Positions 49,215 to 62,350 of a stretch of DNA of 64,000 nucleotides are shown here, one piece after another. Numbering within the stretch: the stretch's first letter is position 1; every line of letters begins with the position of its first letter. Below the pieces are notes generated by a model. The model was not told the origin of the DNA and ran no database searches. It worked only from the letters and a program-made list of their open reading frames with translations. A program made the position numbers and the translations under genes. The DNA lies in the NCBI RefSeq assembly GCF_002571385.2, contig NW_019217956.1, positions 99,812 through 163,811 of the forward strand, written 5' to 3'. The stretch is from Stylophora pistillata (lineage: Eukaryota).

Positions 49215-52200
49215 AACCTATTTTCTTATCTTGAAAGATTTTCGTTGAGGCAGAATCTTTTGGCGTGTTTCCTAAGTTTCTTGCACCTTTACTTGTAGAG
49301 TTTACTGATCATAGCAAAATTTGGCAAAATAACTACGTATGCACACCTATGTAGCTTGCGTTGGTTGAACTTCTTGTTAGGGAACCGAGTAAATCACATG
49401 TTAGCAAAACCAAATTTGTCTGTTGCTTATCAAGAGAATGTTTTATTCATCTTTCAGGAAACTTTCTTAGTGGAGAGGAAAAGTAAGACGAATTACCTTC
49501 TCGAAAGGACAGGTTGAACCATTGGAATGACGAGAAGATTCGTCGAAGAAAAGAATCATTTAAATTAATCATTTTTTATTTGTAATAAAATGGTGACAGA
49601 AGTACCTCAGCGAGGTGCATGATGTTTAGCATATGAGCAAACAATTTCGGCGATAATTAAACAATGTCAAGTTGCTATAATCTTTGTAGGGGTCATCCTC
49701 TGTGCAAAAACCTGACGAGGTTTTCTTTGTTTCATGAGGTATTGTTTTGCTGTGCGCTATTGTACGCTATTTCGTTTTTTTTATTGTTGGCTTTGTTTTA
49801 CGTCACTCGTGAGCTTCACAGGTTTTTACACCGAGGATGAGCCCTTTGTTGTCCTTTAAACAAAAGCGAAGAGGGGGTTTCTGTTTGAATTCGTAGCCCG
49901 ATTTGCTCGGTTTTTATTTCAAAAAATGCAAAGCATTTAAATGAATTCATGTTGATGGTTGGTCACTTTTTCCCAAAATCAACGTGTTTGCGTATTTGAT
50001 ATTTGGTTGAAGCTGTTCGGTTGAAATTTCAGGAATGCAAAGCACTCGGCTCCTCAAGTCACCATCTTTTCTTCGTCGCTTAGTTACAACATGTCATAGC
50101 AACAAGAGTGTAGTTAAGGTGGAACTGCAAGTAAATTAAGAATTACGTACACATTTCACGAGGCAAATTTTCAGTTTCTTTTCATTCAAGAGAAAAGAAT
50201 CAATTAGTTGCCACATAAAATTTCGATCGAAAAATGGTCTGAATGATTTAAGAGGTCACTTTGCTACAATTATAGTCATCGTGTCATTCAAGATAATAGT
50301 TGACAAAAGAAATTTCTCCGTTTGGTTCAATTGGTTCAAAGAGAAATATTTAGGCAATTATGACTTTTGCATCCGCAGTCGTCATGTCGTGCAGTTCACA
50401 GTTGTCCATCACAGTTCCACCTTAGTCATATAGATTTGCTTTGGCTATTAATTTGACAAATTATAACCGGCAAGAGAACGATACACTTTCTTTTTGGTTC
50501 CTTTTGCTTGTTAGAGGTCGGAAGGTAGTCGCATTTTCTTAGAGAATAACTGCACGAAAGTCAATTTACTGAATGATTTATTGCGCGAAGGAAGCTATCA
50601 CCAAACTACCGAGACAACTGACACGAACTGAACGCTAAATTCCACTTCAGTGACAATATCTGTCGCTCCTGACAAAGCGCAGAACTATCCCGTGAACTCG
50701 ACATTTTTATACCATTACCAAAGCGACGACTCCCTCATGACATAGGCAACTACCAAAGACTAACTGAACATGAACGGGTAACAAGAAATTGATGTCAGCT
50801 CATCACATTTCTGTGCCCGATTGACTTACCAACACACTGTTACCTGGAACTCTGCTCAGATTTTAGCACTAACAAGTTACAACGAGTAGCTTTGGTGCTC
50901 TAGATCATTAAACATTTTACTGAGTAACACCGTGACTTTTCGCTCGACTCCAATGATGACTTTCGCTCCACTTGTTAATCGAGTAACCAACAGGGAGGGG
51001 ATTTTCGAGAATGTCAGTCTCAGAAATTGTGATTTCAGTGCGTGATCGTGCAACTAAACACCACTTACAAGCAAACTACACTTTTGTATGAAACACCGGT
51101 AAATTTCTCAAACTTTCAAAACGACTGATTAAAGGATGTCGGAAAAAAGTAATCTGGGTATCCGGTATTTTTGAATACGTGGAATACCATTGAAATAAAT
51201 ATGGACAACAAGACTAATGAACAGGCACGCACGTGAATACGAGAGGTACAAACCAATAGAATATTACGTCGGAAAGATTTTTTCTTTAGGCCATTTCCAA
51301 GTCGCTCACGCTTTAATTACATCTTTTCGTCGTTCAGTGAGGTCAGTTCGTTCTTTATTTTTTCGTTTTTTATCACGTCAGTCTTATGAAAAAAATAAAT
51401 TGATCAAACCGTAATGCCTTGGCCTTACGTTATGACGTATTTTCAGATTTCCCTGACCGAAAAACTATTTACAGTTTATGCACCTTTCGGGGCTATCGCG
51501 TGCACTTTTACGCTTTTTCCCGACAACCTTTCTCGAAACAGCTGTAGATATATTTCATTGTAGGACACTGATATCTACACTTGTGCCGTACAAACGACCT
51601 GTTCACGACACAACATCGAAAACCCAAAGACGGTACGTTCCACCGTGACTGACGAGTCAAAATCGAGCCATGGATCTCACTGAGCAATCAGACTTAATTA
51701 ACAAAATGTACAAAGGCTCGTTTATATGATTAACAACCTTTCAATAAAATCTTAGTTGGAATTTCCTTAAGTTTCCGAAACGTGAATCACAAGCAAAGAG
51801 CAATATCCACTTTCTGTCAATGTTCCCTTGTCGGTTATAGTTAATTATACACCACAGTGTCTGGTTTAACAAAAATTGAAATGGAACGATCTTCGTAAAC
51901 TGCGGCGGATTATGCATGTTAGTTGTGATTAACAAAAGGACAACGAATCAAAAGTCTGGATAATAGGAACATGCGAGAAAATCTTCAAGTTCAACAATTG
52001 GAAAGAGAGGAAACTTGATTTTGCCTTAATTTCCCGAGTATTGCCATTAATCACCATTTTAACATTCAAGTTCATGACTAATCGGAGTGTGAACAAACAA
52101 AAATACCGATGTCATTGTTTCGTTTTCTAGAGTCTGTCCTAAAAGCCAACTAGTCCAACTGCTGAAGTTTCGTTTTTCGAGAAGAGAATTAACCCATTTT

Positions 52201-52316
52201 TTTGGAACCAGACACAGTGTTTTATTATAATATGCAATGAACTAATGGAAGAAAAATATTTTGCGCCAGTATTTCTTGTAACACAGGACAAAATGACGCA
52301 TGCAAGATAGTTGAAT

Positions 52317-52564
52317 CAAGGCTGTAGCCAGACTTCAGGACAAGACGAGGCAATTTTCGAGCGCCGAAGGCGCGAGCCGCTAGGGGGGTCTGGGGGCATG
52401 CCCCCCAGAAAATTTTGGAATCTAGAGGTTCAGAAATGCCCTTTTAAGGAATTTTCGGGGCATTTTTCTTCAGAAAAGTCAATCTTCAAGAAAAAAATTT
52501 TAAAAAAGGCCAAAATCAAGACGAGGCAATTGCCTCGTCTTGCCTTATGCTAGCTATGGCCCTG
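52317..52564. mobile_element. MITE with CAGGGC-type TIRs and 5-bp TSD TGAAT (hAT5-like)
   Basis: CAAGGCTGTAGC / GCTATGGCCCTG ends; TGAAT at 52312-52316 and 52565-52569; internal GGGGGCATGCCCCCC palindrome. Confidence 0.7.
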
Positions 52565-55500
52565 TGAATGCAAACGAAGCTTTTTGATTGCCCCCACTTA
52601 AAACTGAACAGAATGAGAGAAACGGATTAAAGACGCATCAGAAGAAAAAGCAAAATTTGCTCCTACCTAGACGGCGGAATTATAACAGTTTTTCTATATA
52701 AATAACAAGAACGTTCTCTCGTGTATACAATTTGATAGTCAATTCACAATGACAAATTGCTTGGGAAATTGCAAATAAAAAATCTATTTTAAACTGACGA
52801 GGATTTTCTACGTTTCACTGAATTCATGTTAGGTGAACACTTTTATTAAATAATTTTCAGCAAAGATAAATTTAAGTACAACAATAGCTTTATTGCGCGC
52901 TCAAGTTTCATTTGTCCTGTGTTACGAACGAAAGCTGGCAGCGAAGTGTTATTTTTTGTCAGAAGCAAAATGAAAGGTTGAATTTTTAGCCTGACATCGG
53001 AAACGCTTAGTCTATCCTGTTGCTTTCATGTATTTTTTACATCGGAAACATTATCTCGTGCAAATAAAAAAAAAACGAGTCTGGAAACTAAACGTTGCTA
53101 AGAGTTATGCTCGATTTAATTCCATTTCGAAAATTTTTAAAATATGAAGGAAAATTGGCACTTTTCGTCTTGAGTTTTTTGCACGAGGTAATGTTCCAAT
53201 ATTTTTTTTTCCAAAAACGTTGTCAGGGGAAACTTTGTGCAAATTGGTCCAAATTTTCTCGCCAAAAGTAGTATATAAACGAAAATTTCTTGACATGTTT
53301 TAAATCAATTGAACGGAAATTCAATTAACTAATTAAGATATTTTGAGCTGAATAAAACTTATTTTTCACAACACAATTGCTGTTTATTTTACTAACTTTA
53401 GTGGAAACTTTATAAGGTAATAAAAATCACACTGAAAACATTCATTTAAACAAGTCTCTATCAAAAACAAATACTCGAGACACTTCACAAGCAACTTTTG
53501 TTGATAAAATAATATTACTCTTGAAAAAGATCCGGTGCATGCGTATTTTGGGCGCCTGTAGTTTTTCAAAGTTTTTTGGCGGGAAAATTTAACCACTTTC
53601 AAATAGATGTTATAGAGAAGCAATCATCAAAGTAACAAGCGCATGCGTGTTCAAGGCGCCCGTATTTTTTCCAAGTTTTTCGGCGGGAGAATTTTAAAAG
53701 CGTAAACTTTTCAGACCTCAGCCAAATCGCAATACAACACTTGCGTTTGCTTTTGCTTACGTTTGGCTAATTCTTCTTGACCTGTGCTTAATTTGTTTGG
53801 TGCCACTGAAGAAATCCTCTGTCTTCTGCGATCATAGACTTTCTTGTGTGATTCGCGCTTGAAGCATCAGAGATATAAACAAGTCAGTCTGCAAAAAAAC
53901 GAGAAGAAAAGGTAAATCAACAAATGAAATAGATCTTAAGCAACATCAAATTTATCTTACTATGGTAAACGAATAAAAATTGTGGTCTTTTAATATTAAA
54001 GCGTCCAGCGACTACACAAGAACGAAAAAGCAACCCAGTTTTCAATATTCTAATAAACTGTTGTCGAAATAAACTTAAGTAAAGTATAATTTTTCAGGTT
54101 TTAGTGTTCGAGAACTGAACTATTCGATCTGAAGTTGACGGATTGTAAGAGAGACACGATAACCAATTCCCAAAAATTCCTTTGAGAGCATGACAAATTC
54201 AAATATGATACTTGCATAAATAAAGGACATTTCAAACTTCAAATAGGTTTTCCACACTATTATCAAAAGGAATACTTCAACTTTCTTACTCTACTTTAAC
54301 TTCTGATTAATGGACTTCCACATTAACACCTTGGCATTTCACCTATTTTTTTCTCATTTCTACCGAATTGAACAGCTGTAGTAGTGTGACAAATTAGGGA
54401 AAACACCAGGGAGGTATGGGAACCCTTCCAACTAGAATATTGTTTGTTTTGCAGATCCTAAATGAAAACCTGGAAATAAAATGGAAACTTCCTGCTGCAG
54501 TATTGAATACATGTTTCAGAGACTATTTGGAGACCTTATTATAAACATTTAAAAACAAAAATTGTACAAATTTTGAAAAGGATAACCAGAAAAGGTTTTA
54601 GAGAACGTACTCATGATATTTTCAGTAATCACTCAACAGTAGTGAAATCACCTCCCCATTCCACCAAAATGTGGATAACAATTTTCTTCACAGGTTGAAT
54701 TGACCACACAAGACAACCTAATTAGGTGAGTTGTTAAAAGAAGTTACATGCACCTTATTATGTATCACATGCTATTGACCAACATCAAATGGGTGTTTGT
54801 TTTGCCATATCTTGACAGGGAGGTTTGACTGTAAAAAAAAAAAAAAAAAAATACATGCAGTGTACCACAACCTCTACTCTTAAAAAAAAGTTTTTGGAAG
54901 GTGCACAAGAGAAAAGCATAGAAAGCAGTTGTCCACTTGCCTACTTCTTATGTATTTCAATGGTAGCAATTCTTCAACTGGCAACTAAACGTTGACAATT
55001 TTCACATATTTTGTGATTGTTGCCTGTTTGAAGAATGTGTGAACGAAGCTTCAGTCAGATGTTGTACCATCTATACCCTATTTTGTCTGGCTTCACAGGC
55101 TTAGCAACAATAACCATTACAATAATTTCAATCCCCTTTTCTCAGTTCACACTTTCACAATCAGGGAAGCCACTGACTATTTGGTAGGGTGATTTTATGA
55201 ATATTACAAGGCCACGCAGCAATATAAAATTTCTCTTTGTGTGTCCAAAAATATTTCATGAGCAAGTGACAGGACCATTTATTATATAAACATCAATGAA
55301 AAAAAAATACCATTTCACTTTTGTTGCAAAAGGTGCGATTTACCATGTAACCATAGTAATGGTGTTATTTGCATTTGTCTGAAGATACCCCATTTTTCTG
55401 TATGAGCTCACTTGGTATTTCATTGGTGTCTATAAAATAAAACCAAACACCACACTGCCAGCCTAAATAACACAATTGGTCAGTTACTCAGTCAGTCTGT

Positions 55501-55632
55501 TGGTTTGTGAGTCAGTCAGATGCCAGCGAGCCAGTTACTAAGTCAGCCTACCAGTCTGTCAGTCAGCCGAAAAGTAGGAGAGGGAGGCAGTCCTTTGGTC
55601 AGTTGTCAATCAGTCAGCCATTTGGTAAGATA

Positions 55633-55890
55633 AAGGCTGATAGTTTCTAAAGAAACTGTTTGGGGCTTCGTTGGTGGGGGTAACGAAATAATTTGGATAT
55701 ATTAACAAAGTTGAAATAGTAAATTGGCCATCGTAACGATTACAAAAGCTGACATTTCGAGCATTAGCCCTTCGTCGGCCTTCGTTAGCCCTTCGTTAGC
55801 TCCGACGAGGGGCTAACGCTCGAAACGTCAGCTTTTGTAATCGTTACGGTGGCCAATTTACTATTTCAACTTTGTTGATATATCCAAATT
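55633..55890. mobile_element. PLE-terminus/retrozyme-like palindromic insertion with two inverted minimal hammerhead-like motifs, 13-bp TSD
   Basis: ATTTGGTAAGATA is duplicated at 55620-55632 and 55891-55903. Arms 55686-55778 and 55802-55894 are near-perfect inverted repeats. Core CCGACGA-GGGGC-TAAC-GCTC-GAAA-CGTC at 55802-55829. Confidence 0.8.
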
Positions 55891-56154
55891 ATTTGGTAAG
55901 ATAGTATGTTTCACAGTTGTTCATTCAGTTTATCAGTTAGTCAGACTTTTAGTCAGTGCAAATATCAGACAGTTAGTCATCAAGGGTCAACCAAGAGGGG
56001 TTTCAAAACAAGTCGGCAACCAACGGAGTTACACCAGCTACATGATAACATATTGCTAGTTACTCTTTTTCCTTTTGGCTCTCGACAAACTTTTTACAAT
56101 TGCCTACTATTGCATAGTCTGATGCCACTTCAAAACATTTTGAAACCCCTGCAA

Positions 56155-57178
56155 CCAGCCAGCCAGTTGGTGAGTCAGTCAGTCAGCCAGTTGGTAGGTC
56201 AGTCAGCCAGCCAGTGGGTGAGTCAGTCAGCCAGCCAGTGGGTGAGTCAGTCAGCCAGCCAGTGGGTGAGTCAGTCAGCCAGCCAGTGGGTGAGTCAGTC
56301 AGCCAGCCAGTGGGTGAGTCAGTCAGCCAGCCAGTGGGTGAGTCAGTCAGCCAGCCAGTGGGTGAGTCAGTCAGCCAGCCAGTGGGTGAGTCAGTCAGCC
56401 AGCCAGTGGGTGAGTCAGTCAGCCAGCCAGTGGGTGAGTCAGTCAGCCAGCCAGTGGGTGAGTCAGTCAGCCAGCCAGTGGGTGAGTCAGTCAGCCAGCC
56501 AGTGGGTGAGTCAGTCAGTCAGCCAGTGGGTGAGTCAGTCAGCCAGCCAGTTGGCGAGTCAGTCAGCCAGCCAGTTGGTGAGTCAGTCAGTCAGCCAGTT
56601 GGTGAGTCAGTCAGNNNNNNNNNNNNNNNNNNNNNNNNNNNNNNNNNNNNNNNNNNNNNNNNNNNNNNNNNNNNNNNNNNNNNNNNNNNNNNNNNNNNNN
56701 NNNNNNNNNNNNNNNNNNNNNNNNNNNNNNNNNNNNNNNNNNNNNNNNNNNNNNNNNNNNNNNNNNNNNNNNNNNNNNNNNNNNNNNNNNNNNNNNNNNN
56801 NNNNNNNNNNNNNNNNNNNNNNNNNNNNNNNNNNNNGAGTCAGTCAGTCAGCCAGTTGGCGAGTCAGTCAGCCAGCCAGTTGGCGAGTCAGTCAGCCAGC
56901 CAGTTGGCGAGTCAGTCAGCCAGCCAGTTGGCAAGTCAGTCAGCCAGCCAGCCAGTTGGCGAGTCAGTCAGCCAGCCAGTTGGTGAGTCAGTCAGTCAGC
57001 CAGTTGGTGAGTCAGTCAGTCAGCCAGTTGGTGAGTCAGTCAGCCAGCCAGTTGGCGAGTCAGTCAGCCAGCCAGTTGGTGAGTCAGTCAGTCAGCCAGT
57101 TGGTGAGTCAGTCAGCCAGCCAGTTGGTGAGTCAGTCAGCCAGCTAGTTGGTGAGTCAGTCAGTCAGCCAGCCAGCTA
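56155..57178. repeat. 24-bp satellite (GAGTCAGTCAGCCAGCCAGTGGGT)n built from CAGT/CAGC tetramers; spans an N gap
   Basis: Directly visible tandem array. It accounts for ORFs 55906-57147 and 56214-57179. Confidence 0.95.
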
Positions 57179-58798
57179 GGAAGTCAATGCATAGGCCAAC
57201 CAGACTGGTAGTATGTCAGCCAGTCTCTTAACTACATGTTGAAAGGTGTTCATTGGTACATCAGTCAGCCAGTCAATTGGACGGTCATTCAATCAGTAAG
57301 TCAGCTAGCCAGTCTGTTAGGTTATCAGTCAGAAAGATAGACAGTAAGTCAGTCTCTTGAGGAAGTAAGCCATTAATTCTGTCAGTCCCCCCCCCCCAAA
57401 AAAAAAATTGATATGAAGCTCCAATTAGCCCTTTTGAATCTGTTTCAGTTTTAGCCTTCCCCAAGCTATAATTGACTATTTTTGGAATTAGATTAGTCTC
57501 CAATACAGCTTTATGCTTTCTGATAACAATTTCCCTTCTCAGACTCGTGTATCTGGTAAATTGTTCTTTATTGAACTCACAATTCAGACAATTAACTTTG
57601 AAAAAACACCATGAAAAATGAAAGAGAGATCAAACTTAATCTACTGTTTATTATAATACACTGCATGTCTGAAGTCAATTTCAAGTTTATATTCTACACA
57701 AATTGCATGACACTGATGCCCACTAAGTTGGCAGCATCATGCATTTACTACCTTGCATGAAAACAGAACTTGGCTTAAAAAAAAGGGTTTGTTTACCTGG
57801 TACACACTGCAGCTTGATTGCCAAGGGAAACACGCATTTACAAGTTCATTGGATTTAATCTTCGTCCAAATATTCAGGCACTAGGCATTTCACTTTGAAA
57901 AATCAGCAGAGATTCCTCCTGATAAGTTCATCTTAAGTGTCCTTACATATTATTTTAACCATAAAATTGACAGACTGAGGTGCTTATCGCTGGAGAGGAC
58001 TTTCTGACAATTTTGCCAATTAGCTTTGGAAAGTGCCAAACTACCAGCTGAAGGTGTTTGTTAAATTGTTAGAAAAGTTTCAGACTGCCGTCCATTTAGT
58101 TATTTGAGAACTGTGATCGGCAGTCCACCTCACACAATTTCTAAGTGTCAACATCCATGGCTCCATGTTCTAAGCCCAGCATAAACGAGCATTAGACATG
58201 AGATTTGTTAATCATTTCGGGAAAGCTGGCCATGAAGGCAAATTACAAGCATAGATACATGGAAAAAATGGAGAGTTCATGGAGTAGCAGGGATTTTTCG
58301 GCAAAGATTTCCATATAACCCCATACACTAACTATGCAAAGAGTGTTGCAAAGAAACCTTTATATTTAGTCATTGGGAAATGGAATGCATAATTAATGTA
58401 TGGGGTTATACGGAAATCTTTCCGAATTTTCAAGTTACTCCGAGTTTTATCAAAAAATCATCAAAATAAATGCCACTTTTTACTTAAAATTGTAAAGTTA
58501 CCTTCATTCGATCGATGGTTCGATGTTTGTACACTCAGTCTGGCCGACTGTAACCTAGCAAAACACTTCCACCAACGCCTCACAAACACACATGATAGCG
58601 AGTTACAAAGAACTGAAACTCGAATAATCAAGTAAACAAACCTCTGGTCCAGCATGGAGAGCTCTTACGTATACTGTGAGAAGGCACAAATGGCTTGCAC
58701 TGTAAGTATCCCGGAGAGCTCCACACAATTTCTTCTAATCTCATTAGAAGAATTTGTCATGATAGAGCTTTTTCAGCGTTAGTCGAGGTGCGGCGGGT

Positions 58799-58799
<1 letters not shown>

Positions 58800-58842
<43 letters not shown>
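58800..58842. repeat. (TAA)n microsatellite
   Basis: Directly visible. Confidence 0.95.
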
Positions 58843-59898
58843 TTAAACATATTTATACAGGATTGCTGCTTCAGTTTAGGAAAGAAAACTGCTATCAATG
58901 CAGGTCCTGTTAGTGTTGTCACGTATGATCCTTACGCGGTGTTTTTCCCGACGCTCCTCTGACAGAAGAACGTCACATAATGAAAGCAAACCAGAAACGA
59001 TTGGGGAACAACTACGGCTTGCACATGTCATCAAGTTCATTAAAACGAGGATTGAATTTCCTGCATATCAACAGCTCATTTGTATTTCGAAAATAGATCA
59101 GTTAGCTACATAATTATGTCGGAAGTTGTGAAGGATTTTAAAGATAAAGAAAAACGAAAAGAGCGAGTTATCAAAATATGAAAAAACACTCCAGAAGAAA
59201 GAAACAGACAGAGAAAACAATGGAGAAAGAGGAAACAAGGGAAGCGAATGCCAAATTCAACGAATGAAAATGTTGAACTAAAATCATTCAACCGCGAAGC
59301 AAATGACTTGGTGCCATGTACTTCTGAGGCCAAGGAAAAGAAGCCACGTCCTTCTACCAATATCTTGAGCCAGAAAATGTCGAGAAACCCTGGGCCATTT
59401 CCTCGCGCTTAAATCAGGCAGTAGAGGGAAGAAAGTGGACTTGGATGGTTGCTCAAGAGCTGCTAACTTAAAGATGATTCAAATGGCTGTTGGTGTCGAC
59501 GCAATTGTCTCGAGAAACAAATGAGGAACAGAAAATTTCTGTTGCATTTGAAGACTTATTGTTAGAGCAGTGGTGGCCATCTTGCAGCCGAATGCAGGCA
59601 CTGTCGATTCTTTGAAAATTGCCTGGAAAACTGGCAACAATAGGTGATCGCTTAAAATATTGTGTCGGCGTTTATCCACAAACTTTGGTACTAAGAATGT
59701 ACCAACTCAATTGTGGACTTAATTCAGGGCTGATGACCCGATTGAAGCGCGAGAAACCTTCCTCGGTGCCATCTCTACCGTTACTGAATCACGCGCTTGT
59801 AATATGAACGTGCAAAGAAAAGATAGGCGGTCAATATTATATTTAATATTTTAAATGGTTATTTTATTATTAAGTATTAACCACACCCACGACTTTTA

Positions 59899-59940
<42 letters not shown>

Positions 59941-61386
59941 ATTAGTCAAACTCGGCCAAATACCATGACATTCGAATATTAATTAAAACTGTCACATTAT
60001 CCAGGTGCTAACTCGAGGGTGTTGATAGCTCAAGCTAGTCGGCCCATGACATATTTAATGAGATTAAATGAGATTAAAGACGGGATTATCACACCCGAAA
60101 GAGACCAGCCCAGCAGGCGTAATACTTGCAGTGCAAAGCACTTGTGTCTTCTCACGGGCAGGGGTGGGGGTGGCGGGGGAGTGAGTTGTTCCCACATGCA
60201 ACATGGCCGAACTCATCTACGCTCGAAATGATTCGTGGGAGATGTAATCAACCTCGTTCCCATGATATTCTTGACTCGAAAACCAATTTGACGGACAGAC
60301 GATGCGTGGCGAGCCGTCAAGCTTGACAGCTCTCTATGTGTTGTCTGTCCATTAGACAATGTTGATCAAGATTGTCTAATGTCGATACTGCAGAACACAC
60401 AGTCGAGGAAAACGTCGTAACCGCTTTTTGAGAATGAGATCAGAAAGATTTTTTTTTTTGTTGGAATCATCTGTGATGTAGTCCGTGATGCACAAGAAAA
60501 TCGCGCTCACTTCAAGAGGGTACAGCCAAGGCCCAACCTCTGTCAGCCCTGGTACAACTCTTAACCCTGAAGATGTCTCTTAATGTTTCTTTCCGACTGC
60601 TATACATTGTATTGCTAACTAGGAATTTGGTATTAAGTCAAGATAACAAGCTCCAACTGACTAGTTTGTTCTGTTCGTCTGTTGGCGAGCTAAGGAGAAC
60701 CATTTCAAACGCAGGCCTAGGCTCTGTCCCAGGCTCTGTCACAGACTTCTTCGCAGGGGATTATTATAGAGTTTGTATAGTGGTTTAGTTGGACTTGCTT
60801 TTGAGCTCCATAAATACAAAGTTGTGTGAAATAATAAAAGAAATAAAGTCTTACCTTCATACAGAGTAGTCTGTGCTGTTCTTGTCGGGATTTGAGGCCG
60901 TTTTGCTGTGTTTCAGCTCAACGTCCTACAACTACCAAGTAAAAGGGAAGGCAGGAAACCTCTGTCTCACACACGCTCGCCAAAATCGCTCGAAAAACAC
61001 ACTTAAATACTTCCCCTTGAATCGAAACTTGGCAGCACGAAAGCCAAATAGTTTCCCTTCAAGTTCATCAAAACAAATCCCACAAAAGTTGGGTTGTCAA
61101 GCAACCAGCCAAGCGAAAATCTCAAATTGACCGCCATTTCAACGCAGTTGGAATGCGCGTCCATCAAAATCTGTGCAGTCAAAAGTTCGTTACGACGCGG
61201 TCAGCCTAGCAAAATTAGGCCCAAAGGGTAGCCACACAATATGAATGATTAGTCAGAAATAAATGCCAACCCACAAGTGGAGGGAATATTTTGCTAAATG
61301 GCTTGCTGTTTTGGTAAACATTGGCCACAGTTGACAATTGCCTGGGTCGCCTGTGTTTCAAATCGCAGATGCAGCAGATGATGTTA

Positions 61387-61794
61387 GGCCTAGTTTATAC
61401 GTCGCGCTAAAGTCGAATTTTATTCAGACGAATTTAATTCAAGGTCGCACAAGCAATTAAATTCGACGCGGAGAACGCGACGTCTAAAACGAATTACATT
61501 CGTCTGGTAAATTAGATTCGTCCGTTTTATCCGTCTTGGTAAGACGGATAACATATCGATAACGCGTCTTCAGTTTTAACGTCGCACTAGCGTCGCGTCG
61601 AATGAAATGCATACATTTTCTTAATGTATTTCAATTTATTTCAAAACGACACCACTGACCAGAGGCACTGCATTTGAGAAGAGAATTAAATTCGATCGTA
61701 TTGATTTCGACGCATAAAACCACGCTACGATTTACGTCGACGGAACGAATTTAATGGGATTAATTCGACTGTAGCGCGACGTATAAACTAGACC
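61387..61794. mobile_element. PIF/Harbinger (Tourist-like) MITE, TTA TSD
   Basis: ~33-bp TIRs GGCCTAGTTTATACGTCGCGCTAAAGTCGAATT / AATTCGACTGTAGCGCGACGTATAAACTAGACC; TTA at 61384-61386 and 61795-61797. Confidence 0.88.
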
Positions 61795-62350
61795 TTAGGC
61801 GGTTAGACGGCAGGCGGGAGAATTCACCTTTCGCGGGTCGCATATACATTGGCGCAGTTCATCACCTCTCTTGTCTAGGGCAAACAAAAACAACCCGGCC
61901 CCGAAATGCATAACTATTTTGAAGTCTCTGAACGATTAAAAAACAAACAAATAAACAAAAACAAGAATTGACGCACTTAGTTAATCTTCGATTATTACTA
62001 GTCATAAAGGTCTAATTTTAAGGCAAGTTTCAAGTTGTGTTAGGTCTAACTAAATTTAACAAATGTATTTAATACAGTCTCTCAAGTGATTATCCAACCA
62101 ACTGCTTTGGAAACAAATAAAAATAACACAGCAGTAATTTGGGAAATTTCCGCTTTTTAAGTGTTACATGCATCTCGCGTGTGATGACCTTTGACCAACA
62201 GAGCGCGCAAGTCCATCTGACCAAACCTTACTAGCAATTTGTGGCTTAAATTTAATTTTTTTTTAAGTATTTTGAAATTCTTTGGTCCATTTTATTGAAA
62301 ACTATTCTGAAATGAAATATTCTCTCATTTTTCTCGCGCTCCATATGAAG

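Noticed and set aside
48770-49400. Telomerase RNA, suggested by the H/ACA-like 3' domain
   Set aside because: No CTAACCCTAA-type template and no recognisable P6.1/CR4-5 motif.
56155-57178. CRISPR-like array
   Set aside because: Head-to-tail repeats with no unique spacers, no cas genes, and a eukaryotic context.
55906-57179. 413-aa and 321-aa repetitive ORFs
   Set aside because: Produced by a stop-free 24-bp satellite and an N gap; no coding evidence.
59106-59810. Purine-rich region resembling decayed coding or transposon sequence
   Set aside because: Multiple stops in all frames and no identifiable family.
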